Program-made: the position numbers and the translations under genes
The notes under the pieces: model-generated
Seen by the model: the letters and a program-made list of their open reading frames with translations, nothing else
Told to the model about the DNA's origin: nothing
The model's database searches: none
In this document: positions 35,193 through 43,255 of the stretch, in pieces
How the letters are laid out: every line of letters begins with the position of its first letter
How positions within the stretch are numbered: position 1 is the first letter of the stretch
NCBI GenBank assembly: GCA_903901375.1
Contig: CAIUQV010000470.1
Span: 1 to 43,255 of the forward strand
Source of the DNA: an uncultured Ignavibacteriota bacterium
GTDB lineage: Bacteria > Bacteroidota > Ignavibacteria > Tepidaquicellales > Tepidaquicellaceae
Length of the DNA: 43,255 nucleotides
Direction of reading: 5' to 3'

Positions 35193-38100
35193 TTATGACA
35201 ATTCGTATTCTTTGCTTACCTTTTCTTTTTCATCGGAGTCATCTTCAAATTCACCCATTGTATGTTTGTCAACATGTGAAACAAGTAACTCTCTGTATTT
35301 TCTTAATCCTGTGCCTGCTGGTATAATTTGTCCTATTATAACGTTTTCTTTTAATCCCAGGAGGTAATCAACTTTACCTTTGATAGCTGCATCAGTGAGA
35401 ACCCTCGTCGTTTCCTGGAACGATGCTGCAGAAATAAAGCTGTCCGTCGATAGAGAAGTCTGAGTAATACCAAGTAATACTGCATCAGCTGTAGCTGGTA
35501 CCGCATCTCTTGTTTTAATACCTGTCTTATTCTTTTTCTTAAGCAGTAAATTTAATTCTTTAACTGCTTTCTTTGGCAATATTTCACCAACAGATACTGC
35601 ATCACTATCACCCTTGTCGATTACAACTACCATACCCCTCATTCTTTCATTGCCTTCTGCAAAACTATTTTTGTGAATTACATCACCTTCAAGAAATGTC
35701 GTATCACCTGAACTTGTCACTTTCACTTTTTGCAGCATCTGGCGTACTATAACTTCAATATGTTTATCGTTAATCTTTACACCCTGAATTCTGTAAACTT
35801 CCTGAATTTCGTTTACAAGGTATTCCTGTACTTCAGATACACCTTTGATTTTCAGAATATCAACCGGATCGAAAGCTCCTCCAGTTAAAGGTTCACCTGC
35901 AAATACTGAATCACCGCTGCGTACTAAAATATGTTTTGAAATAGGAATTCTGTAATCAATAGATTTAGATCCGTCAACACTCTTAAGTGTAACTTCACGG
36001 CTACCTCTTGAGATTTTACCAATTTCAACTTTACCGTCTATTTCTGCAATTTTAGCCGGATCCGATGGACTTCTTGCTTCGAACAATTCTGTAACTCTTG
36101 GTAAACCTCCTGTAATATCACGGGTTTTACCTGATTCTCTTGGAATTTTTACTATAGTTGCACCGGCTTTTACTTCAACACCATCTGCAAAAAGTAAGTT
36201 TGCTTTTGCAGGAATTAAGTAAGAACTTAATACTTTATTTCCACGCTGTGAAACTATTTGCAAAGTAGGACTCTTTGTTTTGTCTTTACTTTCGATAACT
36301 GTTTTTTGTAAGTTACCGGTCTGTTCATCGATTACCAATTCATACTGCTTGCCTTCCTGTAAGTCCTGATACTGTAATATACCATTATGTTCAGCTACTA
36401 TTACTGAGTTGTATGGATCCCATTCATAGAGCTTCTGGTTTTTAACAACTTTTTCATTATTCTTAACTTTCAGTTTAGAACCATAAGGAACAAAGTATTT
36501 GGCAAGTACATTCTTTTTATCGTCAACAATATTAATAACACCATTTCTACTTAAAGAAATATGTTGCATATCTGTTGTTGTTTCGTACTCAACGATTTTA
36601 AAGTTTTCAAAGATAACTTTTCCATCAAATTTAGTTATTATCTCAGACTGAGTAACAATTTTACTTGCAGTACCACCAATGTGGAATGTTCTTAGAGTTA
36701 ACTGAGTTCCTGGCTCACCGATTGACTGTGCAGCTATGATACCAACGGCCTCTCCAACATTAACCATTTTACCGGTTGACAAATCTCTTCCATAACATTT
36801 TGTACAGACACCACGCTTTGATTCGCAAGTTAATACCGAACGAATTTCAACACCTGTAATAGGAGTTTCGGATATCAGTAATACTTTATCTTCATCAATC
36901 TCTTCGCCTGCTTTGACAATAACTTTTTTAGTTAAAGGATTAATAACGTCATGCGTTGATACTCTGCCAAGAATTCTTTCTGATAATGGTTCTTTTACAT
37001 CTTCACCTTCTTTAAGAGCTTCTGTATATACTCCACGGATTGTACCGCAGTCTTTTTCATTTATAATTACATCCTGTGCAACGTCTACGAGTCTGCGAGT
37101 TAAATAACCCGCATCAGCCGTCTTCAACGCAGTATCAGCCAAACCTTTTCTGGCACCGTGAGTTGAAATAAAGTACTCAAGGATTGAAAGACCTTCTTTA
37201 AAGTTTGCAATAATCGGGTTTTCAATAATTTCTCCGGCCTGACCTGTGAGTGATTTTTGAGGTTTCTGCATAAGACCTCTCATACCTGCAAGCTGACTAA
37301 CCTGTTCGGCAGAACCTCTTGCACCAGAATCGATCATCATATGCAATGAATTAAATCCATTCTTTGATTTACGAAGATTATCCATCAAATCATTCTTTAC
37401 ATGATCGCGTACATGTGTCCAGTTATCGATAACCTTATTGTATCTTTCGTTTTCAGAAATAATACCTTTGGACTTTTGTCTTTCGATAGATTCAACTTTT
37501 GCTAAAGCTTCTTCGATAATCTTCTTCTTTGTACTTGGTACTTCAATATCATCAATATTAACCGATAATCCGCCTAAAGTAGCATACTTAAATCCAAGTT
37601 CCTTTAATTTATCAAGGAATAAAGCCGTCTTCTGATTACCGACTTTCCTGTAAATCATTCCGATTATAGAATTAATTTTCTTCTTTCTCAGAAGTTCATT
37701 AATAAACGGAATACCTTCAGGAACTATTTGATTAAAAATAACTCTTCCTGCAGTTGTCTCAATTATTTCACCATTAATTCTGATCTTTATTCTTGCGTGC
37801 AAACTTACAACTCTATTGTTGACTGCAACAATTAATTCGTCTGCAGATGCAAACATCTTTCCTTCACCTTTATCACCTTTTAAATCTTTAGTTAAATAGT
37901 AACAACCGAGTACAAGTTCCTGGTTGGGAACAATAATCGGATTACCATTCTGTGGCGAAAGAATATTATGAGATGATAACATCAGAATAGTTGCTTCAAG
38001 CTGAGCATCATAAGACAACGGAACGTGCACTGCCATCTGGTCACCGTCAAAGTCAGCATTGAAAGCTGTACATACAAACGGATGCAATGTTATTGCCTTA

Positions 38101-39458
38101 CCTTCAATCAGTACAGGCTGAAATGCCTGAATACTTAATCTGTGAAGCGTAGGAGCACGATTTAATAATACCGGATGTCCATCAATTACGTTTTCAAGTA
38201 TATCCCATACATCGGGTGTTCTTCTGTCTATTAACTTCTTTGCGCTTTTTACTGTCTTGACATAATCTCTGTCTATAAGTCTTCTGATGACAAATGGTTT
38301 AAATAACTCAAGTGCCATATCTTTTGGAATACCGCATTCATGAAGTTTAAGTTCCGGACCAACAACTATAACTGATCTTCCCGAATAGTCAACTCTTTTT
38401 CCGAGTAAATTCTGACGGAACCTTCCCTGCTTGCCTTTCAATATATCGGATAAAGATTTTAAAGCTCTGTTTTCAGACCTTACTGCTGTAACTCTTCTCG
38501 AATTATCAAGTAATGCGTCAACAGCTTCCTGAAGCATTCTCTTTTCATTTCTTAAAATTACTTCGGGTGCCTTAATATCTATTAATCTTTTTAATCTGTT
38601 ATTTCTGATAATAACTCTTCTGTATAAGTCATTTAAATCGCTCGTTGCAAACCTTCCGCCTTCCAAAGGAACTAATGGACGTAATTCAGGTGGTATAACC
38701 GGAATAACATCAAATACCATCCATTCAGGTTTATTTGGTTTTCCGTCCGGCTTTAACTTAAAGGACTCAAGTACTCTTAACCTTTTAATATTCTCAGCTT
38801 TTTTAATAGCAGATGGTTCATCCAATAATTCTGCTCTTAAACGTGCTATCTCTTCATTAATTACAACACGTCTTAACATTTCCTTTATTGCCCTGCCACC
38901 CTGATCAACAATAAACTTATCTTTATTATCATCATCCATAAACTGATGATCTTCAGGCATCTTGGCTAATTCCTCAAGATAGTCCTCTTCAGATATCAAT
39001 TCATGCTTCTTAAATCTGGATTTACCGGGATTTATAACAACGTATGATTCATAGTATATAATCTTTTCAAGTTCTTTGGATGTGATTCCAAGTACATAAC
39101 CAATTTTTGAAGGTAATGACCTGAAATACCATATATGAACTACAGGAACGCATAAAGAAATATGACCCATTCTTTCACGTCTGACACTTTTCATATTAAT
39201 TTCAACACCGCATCTGTCGCAAACTATTCCTTTATACCTTATACCTCTGTATTTACCGCAATGACATTCCCAGTCTTTTACGGGACCGAATATTTTCTCA
39301 CAGAACAAACCATCTTTATCCGGCTTAAAAGTTCTGTAGTTAATCGTTTCGGGTTTTGTAACCTCGCCATAAGAATTTGTTATTATTGTGTCTGTCGAAG
39401 CAATATTAATTGTTATCTTCGAAAAACGCTTTTTCTTTTGTTCGGGTTTTATTGGCAT
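35193..39458 (-). CDS. rpoC: DNA-directed RNA polymerase subunit beta'
   Basis: 1421 aa with the [12 protein letters not shown] catalytic motif and a zinc-binding CHCGKY...CDRCG motif. Confidence 0.98.
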   Translation of the reverse strand: MPIKPEQKKKRFSKITINIASTDTIITNSYGEVTKPETINYRTFKPDKDGLFCEKIFGPVKDWECHCGKYRGIRYKGIVCDRCGVEINMKSVRRERMGHISLCVPVVHIWYFRSLPSKIGYVLGITSKELEKIIYYESYVVINPGKSRFKKHELISEEDYLEELAKMPEDHQFMDDDNKDKFIVDQGGRAIKEMLRRVVINEEIARLRAELLDEPSAIKKAENIKRLRVLESFKLKPDGKPNKPEWMVFDVIPVIPPELRPLVPLEGGRFATSDLNDLYRRVIIRNNRLKRLIDIKAPEVILRNEKRMLQEAVDALLDNSRRVTAVRSENRALKSLSDILKGKQGRFRQNLLGKRVDYSGRSVIVVGPELKLHECGIPKDMALELFKPFVIRRLIDRDYVKTVKSAKKLIDRRTPDVWDILENVIDGHPVLLNRAPTLHRLSIQAFQPVLIEGKAITLHPFVCTAFNADFDGDQMAVHVPLSYDAQLEATILMLSSHNILSPQNGNPIIVPNQELVLGCYYLTKDLKGDKGEGKMFASADELIVAVNNRVVSLHARIKIRINGEIIETTAGRVIFNQIVPEGIPFINELLRKKKINSIIGMIYRKVGNQKTALFLDKLKELGFKYATLGGLSVNIDDIEVPSTKKKIIEEALAKVESIERQKSKGIISENERYNKVIDNWTHVRDHVKNDLMDNLRKSKNGFNSLHMMIDSGARGSAEQVSQLAGMRGLMQKPQKSLTGQAGEIIENPIIANFKEGLSILEYFISTHGARKGLADTALKTADAGYLTRRLVDVAQDVIINEKDCGTIRGVYTEALKEGEDVKEPLSERILGRVSTHDVINPLTKKVIVKAGEEIDEDKVLLISETPITGVEIRSVLTCESKRGVCTKCYGRDLSTGKMVNVGEAVGIIAAQSIGEPGTQLTLRTFHIGGTASKIVTQSEIITKFDGKVIFENFKIVEYETTTDMQHISLSRNGVINIVDDKKNVLAKYFVPYGSKLKVKNNEKVVKNQKLYEWDPYNSVIVAEHNGILQYQDLQEGKQYELVIDEQTGNLQKTVIESKDKTKSPTLQIVSQRGNKVLSSYLIPAKANLLFADGVEVKAGATIVKIPRESGKTRDITGGLPRVTELFEARSPSDPAKIAEIDGKVEIGKISRGSREVTLKSVDGSKSIDYRIPISKHILVRSGDSVFAGEPLTGGAFDPVDILKIKGVSEVQEYLVNEIQEVYRIQGVKINDKHIEVIVRQMLQKVKVTSSGDTTFLEGDVIHKNSFAEGNERMRGMVVVIDKGDSDAVSVGEILPKKAVKELNLLLKKKNKTGIKTRDAVPATADAVLLGITQTSLSTDSFISAASFQETTRVLTDAAIKGKVDYLLGLKENVIIGQIIPAGTGLRKYRELLVSHVDKHTMGEFEDDSDEKEKVSKEYELS

Positions 39459-39490
39459 ATTTTAAATAAAATTAATTTCTTTGTTTTGTT

Positions 39491-42400
39491 TTAATCAATA
39501 TTTATATCTAAACCTAATCCCTGTAACTCTTTCATAATAACATTGAAAGCTTCAGGAATATTCGGTTCAGGTAAGTTTTCACCTTTTATGATTGACTCAT
39601 ACACTTTACTTCTTCCAACAACATCATCACTCTTAACTGTAAGCATTTCTCTTAATATATGTGATGCGCCATAGCCTTGTAAAGCCCAGCACTCCATCTC
39701 TCCGAACCTCTGACCACCAAATTGAGCTTTACCACCAAGCGGCTGCTGTGTTATTAATGAGTAAGGTCCTATTGAACGAGCGTGAATCTTGTCATCAACT
39801 AAGTGTGAAAGTTTAAGCATATAAATATATCCAATCGTAACCTGCTGATCGAATTTAATTCCTGTCATACCGTCAAATAAATCCGACCTTGAGTTATTAG
39901 GTAATCCTGACTGTTCAAGCGAAGTAATAATTTCTTCGACAGTTGCTCCGTCAAAAATTGGAGTAGCAAACTTAACTCCATTTTGCTTTCCAACCCATCC
40001 GAGGGCAGTTTCATATAACTGACCCAGGTTCATTCTTGATGGTACACCTAATGGATTCAGGACAATGTCAACCGGTCTGCCGTCAGGTAAGAACGGCATG
40101 TCTTCCGGTGGTACAATTTTAGCAACAACACCTTTATTTCCGTGTCTTCCTGCCATTTTATCACCTACGGAGAGTTTTCTCTTTTTAGCGACATATACCT
40201 TAGCCAGTTTGACAACTCCATTTGGTAATTCATCACCTAAAGTGACTTTTACCTTGAGCCTTTTATACTTTTCTTCAATTTCAACAATTTTATACTGATA
40301 ATTCTTGAATATATCTATAATTAAAGAATTAGCTTTTTTACTGTTAGACCAGTCTACATCAACATCAAGCTCACGGAAATCGATATTATTATTGTTAAAC
40401 AGATTAATAAATGTTTCTCTCTTAAAAGTTACATTCTTCTTTATAACAACATTACCCTTTATGTCCCTGATACCCTCAGAATCTTTTCCTTCTAACAATA
40501 TTCCAAGTTTTTCAGCTAATTTAAGGTTAAGCTCTTTAATATCTTTCTTTCTTTCACTTTCATATTTATCTATTCTCTTTTTCTCTTCACGTTTACCTTC
40601 AGAGTCTTTGGTTTTTCTTGAGAATAACTTTCTATTGATTACAATACCTTTTAAACCAGGTGTTGCTTTCAGAGAAGCATCTTTAACATCACCTGCCTTA
40701 TCTCCAAAGATTGCTCTGAGAAGTTTTTCTTCAGGTGTTGGTTCAGTTTCACCTTTCGGTGTAACTTTTCCTATTAATATATCACCTTCTTTAACGTCTG
40801 CACCAATTCTTACTATACCATTTTCATCAAGGTCTTTTGTAGCTTCTTCACTTACATTCGGAATTTCTTTTGTTAATTCTTCTTCACCTCTTTTTGTATC
40901 TCTTACCTCTAGACTGAACTCTTCTATATGAACAGATGTAAAAATATCTTTTGAAACAACTTTTTCACTGATAACAATAGCATCTTCAAAGTTATATCCT
41001 CTCCACGGCATAAATGCAACGAGAATATTTCTGCCAAGTGCGAGTTCTCCATTTTCAGTTGAAGAACCGTCCGCAAGAATATCACCCTTTTTAACTTTTT
41101 GGCCTTCTCTTACGATTGGTCTTTGATTAATAGATGTATCCTGATTAGTTCTTAAGAATTTTACTAATCTGTATTCTACAGTTCTTTTATCTTCGAAGCT
41201 TAATAGACTTTCTTCAGAATCTTCTCTAATGTTATATTTTACGATAATCTTATCAGATGAAACATATTCAATAATACCGTCCGCTTCTGCAACAATCATT
41301 GAACGGGAATCTCTCGCGACAATCTCTTCAAATCCGGTACCAACAATTGGTGACTGAGGTCTTAATAAAGGAACTGCCTGACGCTGCATATTACTGCCCA
41401 TCAGTGCTCTGTTAGCATCGTCATGCTCAAGGAAAGGAATTAATGCAGCTGCTGCAGAGACAATCTGATTTGTAGCAACATCCATATAATCAACATTTTT
41501 TCCTTCCTCAACAGGAAAGTCACCTTTAAACCTTGTCTTCACCTTTTTATTTACAAAAACACCTTTATGGTCTAATGGTTCGTTTGCCTGTGCTATATAG
41601 AATTCATCTTCTTTATCAGCAGATATGAATTCAATATTATCGGATACTATACCGTTATCGACAGTCCTGTACGGAGTTTCGATAAATCCTAATTCATTGA
41701 CTCTGGAATGAATACACAATGAAGAAATAAGACCGATATTCGGACCTTCAGGAGTTTCAATCGGACATAATCTTCCGTAGTGAGTATAGTGAACGTCACG
41801 AACTTCAAATCCGGCTCTTTCACGGGAAAGTCCACCTGGTCCTAATGCGGAAATTCTTCTTTTGTGAGTCATCTCTGACAACGGATTTGTCTGATCCATA
41901 AACTGTGATAACTGACTCGTTCCAAAGAATGAAGATAAAGCACTGGTAATTGGCCTTGAACTTACTAATCTTAATGGAGTTAAATTTTCTTCATCATGAA
42001 TACTCATCTTTTCTCTGATGGTTCTGATCATTCTTGAAAGACCAAGACCAAACTGCTGTGATAATTGTTCATTAACAGTTCTTACTCTTCTGTTACCTAA
42101 ATGATCAATATCATCTACTTCTTTTTTCCTGTCAACTAAATCCCTGATGTATTCAATAATTTTCTTGATATCTTCGAGAGTGAGAATAGTTGTAGTTAAG
42201 TCAATATTTAAATCAAGTTTTCTGTTTATTTTATATCTTCCAACTTCGCCTAAGTCATACTTCTTTGTATTAAAGAACTGTTTTTCAATGTAACTCTTGG
42301 CACTTTCGCCTTCAGCATCAGTCATTAAATGCTGAGCAGCTTTTTTATCCTTAGGATTTGTAGGTTCTGTAGGTGCTGTTGCAATCTCTTCTTCCTCATC

Positions 42401-43255
42401 TTCATTTATCGTATTAAAAATAACTCTTTCACCATCAGTACAATCCTGCTTGAGTAAATTAATATAATGAATCTTTGCGTTTAAAATGGATAATAAATGT
42501 TCTTCGGTTAAAACTGTATCGGATTCAATTCCGAGCTCTTCACCGGTATTTGTATCAATAATATTTTCAACAGTAGTCCTTCCGACGAAATCAAGGTAAG
42601 TATTATTGGTTATATGTACATGATCAACGAGCTCAAACAACTCCATCATTTTGAGTTTATCATTTATAGATAAAGCTCTTAATAAAGTTGAAAAATAGAA
42701 TTTCTTCTTTCTGTCAACATAAGCATACAATAAATCATTAATATCAGTAGTAAATTCAACCCATGATCCCTTATAAGGAATAACCCTGGCTGAAAAAAGT
42801 TCGGTTCCGTTTGCATGAGTTGATTCACTGAATACAACACCCGGAGACCTGTGCAGCTGACTGACAATAACTCTTTCAGAACCATTAATTATGAAACTTC
42901 CTCTCGGAGTCATATAAGGTAATTGACCCAGATATACATCCTGTTCTAAAACGTAATTATATTCTTTAGCGGCAGAATTTGGCTTCGTAGACAAACGTAA
43001 TTTCACCTTTACCGGAACAGAATAAGTAAGACCCTGTTCCTGACACTCTATTATAGTGTAAGGTGGTTTTTCGATAAAATATTCTACGAATTCAAGTAAA
43101 GCCGTTTCTCTTGAATCTGTTATTGGGAAATTATCCTCAAATACCTTCTGCAATCCAATTGATTTTCTTTTACTGATAGGAACATCTTCCTGTAAGAAAT
43201 CTTTGTATGACTGCAGTTGAACGTTTAATAGATCAGGCGGATCCTTATGGATATC
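39491..43255 (-). CDS. rpoB: DNA-directed RNA polymerase subunit beta (5' end beyond the window edge)
   Basis: The listed ORF start at 43153 is an internal TTG. The same frame stays open to position 43255 and reads DIHKDPPDLLNVQLQSYKDFLQEDVPISKRKSIGLQKVFEDNFPI, the conserved RpoB N-terminal region. About 20-30 codons are probably missing. Confidence 0.97.
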   Translation of the reverse strand, partial: DIHKDPPDLLNVQLQSYKDFLQEDVPISKRKSIGLQKVFEDNFPITDSRETALLEFVEYFIEKPPYTIIECQEQGLTYSVPVKVKLRLSTKPNSAAKEYNYVLEQDVYLGQLPYMTPRGSFIINGSERVIVSQLHRSPGVVFSESTHANGTELFSARVIPYKGSWVEFTTDINDLLYAYVDRKKKFYFSTLLRALSINDKLKMMELFELVDHVHITNNTYLDFVGRTTVENIIDTNTGEELGIESDTVLTEEHLLSILNAKIHYINLLKQDCTDGERVIFNTINEDEEEEIATAPTEPTNPKDKKAAQHLMTDAEGESAKSYIEKQFFNTKKYDLGEVGRYKINRKLDLNIDLTTTILTLEDIKKIIEYIRDLVDRKKEVDDIDHLGNRRVRTVNEQLSQQFGLGLSRMIRTIREKMSIHDEENLTPLRLVSSRPITSALSSFFGTSQLSQFMDQTNPLSEMTHKRRISALGPGGLSRERAGFEVRDVHYTHYGRLCPIETPEGPNIGLISSLCIHSRVNELGFIETPYRTVDNGIVSDNIEFISADKEDEFYIAQANEPLDHKGVFVNKKVKTRFKGDFPVEEGKNVDYMDVATNQIVSAAAALIPFLEHDDANRALMGSNMQRQAVPLLRPQSPIVGTGFEEIVARDSRSMIVAEADGIIEYVSSDKIIVKYNIREDSEESLLSFEDKRTVEYRLVKFLRTNQDTSINQRPIVREGQKVKKGDILADGSSTENGELALGRNILVAFMPWRGYNFEDAIVISEKVVSKDIFTSVHIEEFSLEVRDTKRGEEELTKEIPNVSEEATKDLDENGIVRIGADVKEGDILIGKVTPKGETEPTPEEKLLRAIFGDKAGDVKDASLKATPGLKGIVINRKLFSRKTKDSEGKREEKKRIDKYESERKKDIKELNLKLAEKLGILLEGKDSEGIRDIKGNVVIKKNVTFKRETFINLFNNNNIDFRELDVDVDWSNSKKANSLIIDIFKNYQYKIVEIEEKYKRLKVKVTLGDELPNGVVKLAKVYVAKKRKLSVGDKMAGRHGNKGVVAKIVPPEDMPFLPDGRPVDIVLNPLGVPSRMNLGQLYETALGWVGKQNGVKFATPIFDGATVEEIITSLEQSGLPNNSRSDLFDGMTGIKFDQQVTIGYIYMLKLSHLVDDKIHARSIGPYSLITQQPLGGKAQFGGQRFGEMECWALQGYGASHILREMLTVKSDDVVGRSKVYESIIKGENLPEPNIPEAFNVIMKELQGLGLDINID

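Noticed and set aside
1182-40931. Numerous plus-strand ORFs of 60-250 aa, for example 1182..1571, 4644..4982, 12378..13139, 19170..19628, 20214..20534 and 40305..40931.
   Set aside because: Each lies fully antisense inside a strongly conserved minus-strand gene (gpsA, gldG, metH, ftsZ, ftsA, rpoB and others). Their compositions are low-complexity, rich in Ser, Phe, Ile, Leu and Pro, as expected of shadow frames. None has a recognisable motif.
43151-43153. The ORF-track start of rpoB at 43153.
   Set aside because: The codon is TTG. The frame stays open upstream to the window edge and encodes the conserved RpoB N-terminal sequence, so this is an internal Leu, not the start.

Overview
AT-rich window (about 33% G+C by spot counts). 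Every credible gene is on the minus strand, and almost all are core housekeeping. Gene content and promoter style (TAnnTTTG -7 elements, almost no Shine-Dalgarno sites, gldAFG, S46 peptidases, a CarboxypepD_reg-type TonB receptor) suggest an FCB-group bacterium, Ignavibacteria- or Bacteroidota-like; this lineage call is low confidence. In coordinate order the window holds: the 5' ~340 nt of a 16S rRNA gene with two tandem promoters and a boxA-like leader; gpsA-plsY; a gldA-gldF-gldG-DUF4340 ABC-transporter operon; rfbB; an outer-membrane beta-barrel protein; a TonB-dependent receptor; a two-module (cobalamin-domain-less) MetH-like gene; two tandem S46 dipeptidyl-peptidase paralogues; a complete dcw cluster (mraZ-rsmH-ftsL-ftsI-murE-murF-mraY-murD-ftsW-murG-orf152-murC-ftsQ-ftsA-ftsZ); and rpoB (5' end runs off the window)-rpoC. 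The one clearly anomalous locus is a ~0.8 kb island at ~11340-12160 with about 63-70% G+C, wedged between the TonB receptor and the truncated metH. It carries a 118-aa Cro/C1-like HTH gene with a strong Shine-Dalgarno site, GC-rich palindromes and direct repeats downstream of that gene, and ten head-to-tail copies of a 21-bp repeat just upstream. I see no recognisable defence system, transposase, integrase or CRISPR array. Apart from the island and a few smaller oddities, this is an ordinary core region.
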